Assembly: GCA_048882505.1 (NCBI GenBank)
Contig: JBHLRO010000008.1
Location: forward strand, 1 to 32,000
Direction: 5' to 3'
From: Candidatus Thorarchaeota archaeon
GTDB taxonomy: Archaea; Asgardarchaeota; Heimdallarchaeia; Hodarchaeales; Hodarchaeaceae
Length of the DNA: 32,000 bases
In this document: positions 17,970 to 26,469 of the stretch, piece after piece
How the letters are laid out: the number at the start of each line of letters is the position of its first letter
Numbering within the stretch: the stretch's first letter is position 1
Notes under the pieces: generated by a model
Told to the model about the DNA's origin: nothing
Database searches by the model: none
What the model saw: the letters and a program-made list of their open reading frames with translations, nothing else
Made by a program: the position numbers and the translations under genes

Positions 17970-18221
17970 TAAATTCAAAAAATTGGGGTGATTAAGGAGC
18001 GCGCAGAATTGGTGCGCGAAGTTCTCAGACCGATACAACAGGGAAAATATCACAAAACCATCAACCACGTGATTTCCAGGGTATAATACGTCATAATCAG
18101 TTGGTTCAACTGAAATCAATGAAAATCCCTTATTCCTTGGTTATTCGCTTGACGAACCACCTTAAGGATTGGAGGTGATCGGGTGACGATAGGTTTTTGA
18201 GAAGTAAAGGAGGGGAGGGAA

Positions 18222-21200
18222 TTGAGAGATGGAATGCATCCAGAGACAACCCAAGACACCCAAGTGAAAAGAAAAGGGAGGAAGTTGGTAGAACGTCTTC
18301 CCCTTCTATGGAAACGGTCAATAAACAAGCAGATCAAGGCAGATCCAGATTCTGCGATCCGAATCTTTCTTGACAACTATAAGATTGGCAACGATCTTTC
18401 TCGGATGAAATATGGATTAATTCAGACACTTCCAGAAAGCTTAACTTACGTTTTATCCTCCCTTGAGAAGTGTGACGTTGGAGAAGAAAAGATTCGCATC
18501 CTGAATCTCCTAAGTTCATCAGAACTCGCCGCTTACCTGCAGGATATTCCGCAGAAGATGCAAAAGATGGTTTTAAACCAGATCTATATCAATTGGGGTG
18601 AATTGAGGCATAATAAAGCCAATTATCATCGCCTGCTCAGCGCCTTAAATCCCAATTTAATTTCTGACGTTCTAACAAAAATGTCCCATGAGGGAAAAGA
18701 AGCTAATTCAGATCTACTTGATGTATGGGGACCTGCTATTGGACCCTACATATTCTCATATTATATGAAAAGCCCCCAAGGATTTCTGATTGATTACTTG
18801 ATGAATCTAACGGTAGAGGCCCGTATGAGTATCCTAAGTAAAGGTTTGCCTGCAAGATTGTCACCTAAGAAAACCAAATTGGTACTAAGATTGATTCACC
18901 CCTCAGATCTTGAGTTAAACTTTGTATTAGGAGAATTTCTAACGCATTTGGCACCAAACAGTAGAAAATCGCTAGAGGAATGGTTAAATGATGAACAAAT
19001 ACCACTAGAAAGACTTGTTCAGATCAACAATCAAACAGATTCCATGGAAACTCTTTTATTCTTATCTCAACTCTTATTGTTCGAAATCAAAGAACAAAAA
19101 AGGTCAGTTAAACCCCTCCTTGTCGACTTGATTAGTGCTGGGAATTACTCTCTTGTAAATGAACTACTGAGGAATTTAAACAAACAAAAGGATTTCAACG
19201 TGATTAAGAGTTTGTTGGAAGTAATGACTAGGTTGGGTAAGCAAGCGATAAAACGTATGAGTTATCTACAGGAGATGTTTCTTGAATACGGACGACAGGA
19301 TATTCCTTCAGTTCTCAAAACGTATTTTCGTTCAGATTCAAAGACCTTTAGGCCAATACTTCTGCCATCCCTACAAAATCAGGCTGTTGAAAACAGCCGA
19401 GAGTTTCTAGAATTTTTGGTGAGTTCAAATGTTTCGTTTGATGTATCCATGCTGGATCTTTTTTCTACGTGTCCAAATGGTCTAAAACATAAACTAGGGG
19501 ACTATATAGTCAAAAATGATTTCATTAAAAAATTGCATCCACTGTTCGGCAATTTAAACTTCTTTATGGCAATATTACTTGCCCCAGGACAGGTTTCGCG
19601 TACCCATCAACCTTTGATGGACAAATATTTGGAAGAACATCTCTCATCTCCTTCCATCCGAGATATTCTAAATGTTGCAAATAAAATTACATATCCTGAG
19701 CTAGCGTTCGCAACGATCTTTGATAACAACACTATTCTACTGAAAAACGTAATTAATATATTATCAGAAAGCTCCGAGATAGGCGATTATTGGGTAAGGG
19801 TCTTGGTTGCGAATGTCCGCGAAGCTCTGCCACTTACCATCAATTTTCTCCTCTCCAAGAGTGAATACGGTGGTCTCGCCGCCCTTCTAAAAGCGCTCAT
19901 CAATGAAGAACCAATAGTATTCTGGAATGAAGTTGGAAATCTAGAAAATTCGAATCTGGAGCGACTCAGGAAATTTTACGGGTATGCCTTTTTCAAATCG
20001 ATTCCATACATTAGTTCTATTATGGCAGTCCTTGATCACAAGTTTTTCCTAAGGATTTGGCGTGACAACAGCCGAATGCTCGCTAAGGAGAAGGGAACTT
20101 CATTACTGTACGAGTTATTTAGGACCATAGAAAGCCAGAACGTGGCAATTGAATCGGTCTATGGAGCCATCATGGAGCTTGTCAGGTGTGACGTCCAAGG
20201 ACTTCTAGGAAACGCATTATTACGATGTTCCAAGCTCAAAGACGAATTTAGAGGGATTATCACTGGTCTCATTAGAGAATTGATTACTACCTATCCTGAA
20301 GAGGCCCTTACATTAATTGATGAATTAAGGCTGAACCCACTTTTGTCAGATGTAGAAAGCTTTTTTCAAACGAAAAACGTCCAAGAGGTAACCACTTTTC
20401 TTTACAATATGGTTCCCGCTTTACATTCCGAAATATATCATCCCCTGATTATATCCTACATTCTTGATCATGCCAGAGAGAATCCGTCATTTATAGATCG
20501 ATTAATTAGGATTTTTGAAGAAAATTATCCTGAGATTTCCCATTCTGGTGAAAAATTAATTTTAGTGACCCTAAAGCGTATTAGGGGGCCATATGAAACC
20601 TATAAAGGCGTACTAAAACTCCTTTTCACCCATCCCCAAACCCAAAAGTATTTATTATCAGAATATTTTATGGGACTCCCTATAAAGACTCTAGAACAGT
20701 TTTTGATGGATCCAGAACTGATTTCTTCAAGAGGACATTTTCTTGAACATGTTCTAGAGCAATATAAGTCTCGTCCTCCTTCTGATGCTCCAGTATATTT
20801 TATGGAACTCTACCAGCGGTTGGATGATGAACTTCTGAGGATTGAACTATTACCCGTTTTGGCTGAATACTTTACTTGGCAACAACTGCCTATGTTATTG
20901 AAGGTTCCTGAAGCCCACAAAACGAAACATCAATATCAGGAGGCCCTCTCTCGTTTTGCAGAGCGCTTTGAAATATCATCTGCCAAGGCCCTCCTTGAGA
21001 TCTGGAATGCTGGACTGGACGAAATTTACAATCAAGCCTTGGATGGTAAATCTACAGGGCTGATGGCCAGTACATGCCCAAATTGTGGCCAACCAGTCCT
21101 AGAAGGTCAAAAGAGTTGTGGTTTCTGCCCTCAACAACTTACTTGTCTAATTTGTCGTCAATCCGTTATAGTGCTTGCTCGGATAGACGTAGTACGATGT

Positions 21201-21338
21201 CCAAAATGCAATAGTTTCTTTCATAGAAAACATTTGAAGGAAAGTGTTCGGATTAAGGAGTTCTGCCCGATTTGTAACGGGAGTTTGACCCTAAAAACAG
21301 TTTCATCGTTACCTAGGCATGAATTTTCATTTATGTGA
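18222..21338 (+). CDS. Large alpha-helical (solenoid-like) protein with C-terminal C4 zinc finger + RING-like domain
   Basis: About 950 aa Leu-rich helical sequence without TM segments; C-terminal CxxC-x10-CxxC-x5-CxxC-x14-CxxC-x4-HxxH-x10-CxxC; TTG 18222 with GGAGG RBS or ATG 18234. Confidence 0.8.
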   Translation: MRDGMHPETTQDTQVKRKGRKLVERLPLLWKRSINKQIKADPDSAIRIFLDNYKIGNDLSRMKYGLIQTLPESLTYVLSSLEKCDVGEEKIRILNLLSSSELAAYLQDIPQKMQKMVLNQIYINWGELRHNKANYHRLLSALNPNLISDVLTKMSHEGKEANSDLLDVWGPAIGPYIFSYYMKSPQGFLIDYLMNLTVEARMSILSKGLPARLSPKKTKLVLRLIHPSDLELNFVLGEFLTHLAPNSRKSLEEWLNDEQIPLERLVQINNQTDSMETLLFLSQLLLFEIKEQKRSVKPLLVDLISAGNYSLVNELLRNLNKQKDFNVIKSLLEVMTRLGKQAIKRMSYLQEMFLEYGRQDIPSVLKTYFRSDSKTFRPILLPSLQNQAVENSREFLEFLVSSNVSFDVSMLDLFSTCPNGLKHKLGDYIVKNDFIKKLHPLFGNLNFFMAILLAPGQVSRTHQPLMDKYLEEHLSSPSIRDILNVANKITYPELAFATIFDNNTILLKNVINILSESSEIGDYWVRVLVANVREALPLTINFLLSKSEYGGLAALLKALINEEPIVFWNEVGNLENSNLERLRKFYGYAFFKSIPYISSIMAVLDHKFFLRIWRDNSRMLAKEKGTSLLYELFRTIESQNVAIESVYGAIMELVRCDVQGLLGNALLRCSKLKDEFRGIITGLIRELITTYPEEALTLIDELRLNPLLSDVESFFQTKNVQEVTTFLYNMVPALHSEIYHPLIISYILDHARENPSFIDRLIRIFEENYPEISHSGEKLILVTLKRIRGPYETYKGVLKLLFTHPQTQKYLLSEYFMGLPIKTLEQFLMDPELISSRGHFLEHVLEQYKSRPPSDAPVYFMELYQRLDDELLRIELLPVLAEYFTWQQLPMLLKVPEAHKTKHQYQEALSRFAERFEISSAKALLEIWNAGLDEIYNQALDGKSTGLMASTCPNCGQPVLEGQKSCGFCPQQLTCLICRQSVIVLARIDVVRCPKCNSFFHRKHLKESVRIKEFCPICNGSLTLKTVSSLPRHEFSFM

Positions 21339-21395
21339 TGATTTGGTAGGGATAAAAATTAGAAATATTTCCAAGACTGCGATTTTGGATTTTAA

Positions 21396-23696
21396 ATGAA
21401 AGAGGGAGTACCAACGGAACAGCGCGTTCTTGTCATTGGAGAAAAACCTTCTCAAGTAAAGGCCCTAACAAGTGCGCTTTGCAACTCTGTTACATTAGAG
21501 AAAGCAGCAGAAAGGATATACCTGCGTAAGGGGAAATGGAAAGGTTATAATTTAATTTTTCTACCCTTAGCTGGACACATCACAACTTTGGATACTGCTT
21601 CAGGTTTCGGATGGAGGGAATGTGCCCCTATTGATATAGTCAAAAATAATGAGGCTTTAGTTTTCAAATGGAAACATTCTTTCGAACGTATCATTAAACA
21701 ACAAGCACTACTGGTTGAAGAATTATGGCTGGCGACAGATCCCGATTCTGAAGGGGATAACATTGCGTGGGAGGTTTATCAAGTTGCAGTTGCTGCAAAT
21801 AAGCGGCTAAGATTGGCAACTAAGCGAGTTTGGAATTCATCTCTGACACCGCCTGAAATAAGGCGTGCATTTGAAAATATGAAATCATGGGCCAATTCTC
21901 TTGCTTTAGCTGTACAAGGAAGACGAATAGTGGACGCTTGGGTTGGATTTGCAGGCACACGAGAATTGACTATCGCAGCCAGACGAGTCATAGGGCGTAG
22001 CAAAGATGTGTATTCCGTTGGTCGTGTACAATTACCCACCTTGAAACTAATTGTGGATCGTGACCGAGAACGTCAAGGATTTCAAGTACAATCCAGGTAC
22101 AATTTATTAGCGGACATTTATGATGATTCGGATCAGCAAACGGTAATTCTTGCGGTAAAACATATTCGTTCCCCTTTTGAAAACAAGACTGAGGTTGACG
22201 TTTTACTAAAGAAATTACGAGACGTGAAAAAAGGAACAGTATCTGATTTCAAAACCAAAACCACAAGGGTTCCACCACCAGTCCCTTGGAACACAACAGA
22301 TGCATTAGCAATACTAACTAAAGAGCTTGGGGTCTCCGCAGATAAGGCTCTGTCTCTTCTTGTTATCCTATATGATAAGGGTTTTATTTCTTATCCTAGG
22401 ACAGAAAATAGACTGTTTAAAAAGAATTTTCCACATTCTACCATATTGGAGAGATTAAATGAATATGATGCTTTTAAACCGCTCTTGGAACGGATTTCTA
22501 ACCCTATTGATGTAAGAACTGCTGGTAAAAAACGGGGAATAGAAGACCACGATCCAATTCATCCCACTGGCAAAATCCCCGTGTTAAATGACACTATTAC
22601 CGAGTTACATATAAGAGCCTGGCAATATACCAGCTTACATTATATTGGCTTATTCATGCCAGATTTGAAACAGGCACATGGTTCGGTATTAATCGATATT
22701 CGCAATGAACCCTTTGGCCAAAAGTACCAGGCTACAATTGATGATGGATGGACGGCTGCGATACATTGGAAAAGTCCTAGATCTTCTACACCATTTACTT
22801 TTAAAAAGGGGCAGGAAGTGGCCGTGGGAAATCCTAGGAGAGAAATTTACAAGACTAAACCCCCGAGCTTATGGAGTGATAGTACAATCATACGCCGTTT
22901 AGAAAAACTAAGGATAGGTACTAAATCAAGCAGACCAGATATTTTAACAAAACTAAAACTCCGTAAATATGTGGTTAATAAAGGAAAGACGATGTATGAG
23001 AGTACGGCGACTGGAAGATCCATTATTGAAGTATTTGAGGAAATCTGGCCCGAACTGGTACTACCAGACTTTACACGAAAAGTGGAGTCCCATATGGACG
23101 GTGTCGCGAGTCAAAGCTCAGATTACGAAAAAATGCTCAACGAATTGAGACAATACTATATTGAACTACATCGAAAATTAGTAACGCAACTACCCAAACT
23201 ACAAGGGTTGCTACAACAATCAGAAAACTCCATCAATTCTTCAGCATCGGCGCAAAGCACGAATAAATCATCGCAGGGGGATAATATGTTGTGTCCGGTT
23301 TGTAGGAAGGGAACCCTTCTTCAACGATATAATCCTAAGACTAAGAAGCCTTTCTTTGGATGTTCAAGATTTCCCAAATGTCAATGGACTAGCCCCGGAA
23401 CGAAAAACCGACAAGGTGTTTTATTACCAGTAGAGACCGAGAAGGATCTTGTTGGTTCTTGCCCAGCCTGTGATGGCATTCTCTTGCTAAAGAGAAGAAA
23501 AAAATTTAGATTAGTGGGCTGCTCCAATTATCCTCGTTGTTCTTACAGTCATTTTCTTCCTAAGAAAGGAAGACTTTATTTATTGAAAGAACAGTGTCAC
23601 AAATGTGGGAGAGGTATGATTTCACTAACAAGCAGGGATGGGATCCCTCCGAAAGTCGTCAAACGCACGTTTTGCGTCGTATGTAATCAAAAATGA
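21396..23696 (+). CDS. topA: Type IA DNA topoisomerase (archaeal TopA/Topo III) with three C-terminal Zn ribbons
   Basis: TOPRIM IGEKPS, AGH, ATDPDSEG, GRVQLPTL, catalytic SYPRT, HDPIHPT, GTKSSR; CPVC..CSRFPKC, CPAC..CSNYPRC, CHKC..CVVC. Confidence 0.93.
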   Translation: MKEGVPTEQRVLVIGEKPSQVKALTSALCNSVTLEKAAERIYLRKGKWKGYNLIFLPLAGHITTLDTASGFGWRECAPIDIVKNNEALVFKWKHSFERIIKQQALLVEELWLATDPDSEGDNIAWEVYQVAVAANKRLRLATKRVWNSSLTPPEIRRAFENMKSWANSLALAVQGRRIVDAWVGFAGTRELTIAARRVIGRSKDVYSVGRVQLPTLKLIVDRDRERQGFQVQSRYNLLADIYDDSDQQTVILAVKHIRSPFENKTEVDVLLKKLRDVKKGTVSDFKTKTTRVPPPVPWNTTDALAILTKELGVSADKALSLLVILYDKGFISYPRTENRLFKKNFPHSTILERLNEYDAFKPLLERISNPIDVRTAGKKRGIEDHDPIHPTGKIPVLNDTITELHIRAWQYTSLHYIGLFMPDLKQAHGSVLIDIRNEPFGQKYQATIDDGWTAAIHWKSPRSSTPFTFKKGQEVAVGNPRREIYKTKPPSLWSDSTIIRRLEKLRIGTKSSRPDILTKLKLRKYVVNKGKTMYESTATGRSIIEVFEEIWPELVLPDFTRKVESHMDGVASQSSDYEKMLNELRQYYIELHRKLVTQLPKLQGLLQQSENSINSSASAQSTNKSSQGDNMLCPVCRKGTLLQRYNPKTKKPFFGCSRFPKCQWTSPGTKNRQGVLLPVETEKDLVGSCPACDGILLLKRRKKFRLVGCSNYPRCSYSHFLPKKGRLYLLKEQCHKCGRGMISLTSRDGIPPKVVKRTFCVVCNQK

Positions 23697-23743
23697 CCTA
23701 ATTTTGCTAGTGGCTTTTTTTAGGTTTAGCTCATACTACTTCT

Positions 23744-24703
23744 TCAATTTCCATTAGAAGAAAATTTCATTCTCCGAATTATAAATAGAATAATTAGAGA
23801 AGATAATAGAATCAATATTGGGGCTTCCTGGGTCTTTTCAGCCTGGGTATCTGTGGTGTTCATTTGAGAGAATAGATCACTAATCGGAATGTATCTCTCC
23901 TCACCTTTAGCTAGTTCTTCACCTAGATTCAGCTTAACTATGTCACTAAAGTTATGATTCTGATAGATGTAAATATCTGTGTTTTTGAGATCAAAAACAT
24001 TGCTATATCTGGTTGCATACGTACCCTCTTGATGAGTTGCGTTGAGGATATCACGAACAGCTTCCACAGTAAGGTCGTTTTCATGATCAAGATTATTTAG
24101 CATTTCTGTAGCCACTTGATACCTCCAACAAGGCGTCCACCCGTTCGGCGGATATCCTACGTTGAAATTCGTGGAAACAAGATATTTATCTTCTGGTCTT
24201 TTTCTTGTAAAGTTGAGTTCACCATCTGTTCCAGGGCTTATAACTAAAGCATCCCCATTTGCATCAGCAAAGTGGACTTGGTAGGCCATTGAATTTCCCC
24301 AGGTAAATTCTTGAGCAACTCGAATTACATCGGAAATATTATTACCCATGTCCATAATGTGTTTGACAATCCATTCCTTAGGGGATAGGAGTTCAGGATG
24401 GTTATTTAGGGTCATTTTAGGTAAAGCATTGGCATCAAAACAAAGTCCCTTCTCATTCATCCCCCCTTGCGGAAAGAAGTCATCAAAACCAAGGTAGACA
24501 CCCCCGAATTTTCCTTCTTCTTGAAATTCGAACCAAAGATAGGTATTAGGATTGCTCCAATCTTCGTTATTTCCAAAGAGTACCTTATTCTCGTTTGAAA
24601 CCGTAAAAATTGTGCACGCTGACACTGCATTGCTGGCACCAACTATGAAGAAAATCAACATTAGCAGAAACATGATAGAGTGTAATTCTTTGTGAGATAC
24701 CAT
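23744..24703 (-). CDS. Secreted membrane-anchored Ntn hydrolase (choloylglycine hydrolase / C45-like)
   Basis: Signal peptide ending AVSA followed by CTIF (Cys30 nucleophile), LFGNNED, GGMNEKGL, STNF; C-terminal TM helix + RRMK. Confidence 0.85.
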   Translation of the reverse strand: MVSHKELHSIMFLLMLIFFIVGASNAVSACTIFTVSNENKVLFGNNEDWSNPNTYLWFEFQEEGKFGGVYLGFDDFFPQGGMNEKGLCFDANALPKMTLNNHPELLSPKEWIVKHIMDMGNNISDVIRVAQEFTWGNSMAYQVHFADANGDALVISPGTDGELNFTRKRPEDKYLVSTNFNVGYPPNGWTPCWRYQVATEMLNNLDHENDLTVEAVRDILNATHQEGTYATRYSNVFDLKNTDIYIYQNHNFSDIVKLNLGEELAKGEERYIPISDLFSQMNTTDTQAEKTQEAPILILLSSLIILFIIRRMKFSSNGN

Positions 24704-24779
24704 TTTACGTCAAGTTCACTAAAGCAAGTTCTAATTAAATTTATGATAAAGGCATTTCTGCCATAGTACCGGTGACGAG

Positions 24780-24844
24780 AGCGTTCATGATCTTCCTTAG
24801 CAAAGCAAGCTAGAAGATCCTGTGATTACCCACAGAGAAGCGCT
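24780..24844 (+). other. Predicted three-way-junction RNA/DNA structure upstream of eutA
   Basis: Hand-folded stems 24780-85/24839-44, 24789-801/24809-19 and 24820-24/24831-35. Confidence 0.35.
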
Positions 24845-24911
24845 AAAAAAAACCAGAGTAATTATCGAATGCAACCACTTTCGGGCTTTATCTGCGTTTT
24901 AGATATTTCTA

Positions 24912-26381
24912 ATGGACTTCGAGAGAAAGATTATGATTAAAACAACAGAAAAACGCATCCAATCCGTTGGTATTGACGTGGGGACAAGTACATCCCATTT
25001 AATCTTCTCGGAATTAGTATTACGCAAGGATCCTACATCGAGAACCGAAAAATTCCATGTTGCCGAGCGTCACATTAAGTTTAAAGGTAAAATCTTTCTT
25101 ACACCTCTTATAAGTCCTACAGAGATTGATTTCGGTGAATTAACAAAAATTCTTCTTCAAGAGTACGCGCGGGCTGGTATTAAGGTTTCAGAGATAGATA
25201 CAGGAGCTGTCATAATTACGGGGGAATCTGCGAAAAAGGAGAATGCCGAAAAAATTATTGAAAATCTATCAAGGGAAACAGGGCGATTTGTTGCGGCTTC
25301 TGCAGGGCCTAATTTCGAAGCAATTATTTCTGCGTACGGGTCTGGGGCGGTGGAGTTTTCAAGATCTTCGGGGACAAGACTGATACATACTGATGTCGGG
25401 GGAGGCACAAGTAACATTGCAGTTATCGAAGCGGGAGAAATTCTTGCCACAGCGTGTATCAATGTCGGTGGTCGTCTCATCGTGGTAAATGAGAATAATG
25501 AAATCGTTCGGCTTGAACCTGCAGGTGCTCAAACCCTTAGGCATTGCAAGCTAGATTTAGGTCTTGGAGATGTAATCACTGAAGGGGAAAAGGATAAAAT
25601 CGCGAAGATACTAGCGATAACTCTAATTCAAGTATTGACGAGTGATATCTCCTCATCTAGCCTAGTCAACGATCTTATGATGACGCCAGTACTACCAGAA
25701 AGTTGTTTTACCCCAGACATTAAATGGAGCTTTTCTGGTGGAGTAGCAGAATACATTTATAGAAAATCTGAGGCTTCTTACAATGATTTGGGATTACATC
25801 TAGGCAGGCACATAAGGAACCTAGCAAAAAAACATCAAGAAATTTTGGAAATGCCTGAGAAGATTCGAGCAACAGTAATTGGTGCTTCCGAATATACTTT
25901 ACAGATTTCGGGTTCTACTACATTCATTTCACCAAACTTTGAGAAAACGAGCAGATTACCGATTCGGAATCTTCCCATTGTAATTCCTCGTATTGATCGA
26001 ACCAAACTCTCGGAAAAATACATTGCTGATCAGATTCAAAAGGCTTTAACTCGATTGGATATTTCGGAAGGGGAGGAACCACTGGCTTTAGCTTTTCACG
26101 ACCCAGTCCGTACAGTTTATGACAGACTTAAGGTTTTCTCGTTTGGACTCGTTAAGGCATTACCGCGCACGATCAAACACAAGATGCCCATGATCCTGAT
26201 ATTTGATACCGATGTGGGGAATTCAGTCGGCAATGTCCTCTCCCGAGAAACGCAAATCCAGACCGATATATTGTCAATCGACGAGATTTCATTAAAAGAA
26301 GGAGATTTTATCGACATAGGCCAACCTGTGGTGGAAAATAAGGTTTTCCCAGTGGTCATTAAATCCCTAGTTTTTGGGTAG
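24912..26381 (+). CDS. eutA: Ethanolamine ammonia-lyase reactivating factor EutA
   Basis: SVGIDVGTSTS, IITGESAKKENA, SAGPNFE, DVGGGTSN, NVGGRL, FSGGVAE, IRATVIGAS. Confidence 0.9.
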   Translation: MDFERKIMIKTTEKRIQSVGIDVGTSTSHLIFSELVLRKDPTSRTEKFHVAERHIKFKGKIFLTPLISPTEIDFGELTKILLQEYARAGIKVSEIDTGAVIITGESAKKENAEKIIENLSRETGRFVAASAGPNFEAIISAYGSGAVEFSRSSGTRLIHTDVGGGTSNIAVIEAGEILATACINVGGRLIVVNENNEIVRLEPAGAQTLRHCKLDLGLGDVITEGEKDKIAKILAITLIQVLTSDISSSSLVNDLMMTPVLPESCFTPDIKWSFSGGVAEYIYRKSEASYNDLGLHLGRHIRNLAKKHQEILEMPEKIRATVIGASEYTLQISGSTTFISPNFEKTSRLPIRNLPIVIPRIDRTKLSEKYIADQIQKALTRLDISEGEEPLALAFHDPVRTVYDRLKVFSFGLVKALPRTIKHKMPMILIFDTDVGNSVGNVLSRETQIQTDILSIDEISLKEGDFIDIGQPVVENKVFPVVIKSLVFG

Positions 26382-26469
26382 AAGGTAATAGCTAAGCCAG
26401 TTGGGAGATCATATAATTTTTTAGTTAGGAGGAAAATCATTGGTTCAACCGTTCTCTAGAGGAATATCT

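Noticed and set aside
18000-18018. CGCGCA-N7-TGCGCG hairpin
   Set aside because: 6-bp stem only; no further support.
211-21338. Functional link between the longin-GTPase and the solenoid-RING protein as a GATOR/Rag-like system
   Set aside because: The genes are 17 kb apart with unrelated genes between them; proximity gives no evidence.
24780-24900. Cobalamin riboswitch upstream of eutA
   Set aside because: Lacks the B12-box/GGGAA and GCCACTG signatures and is too short.
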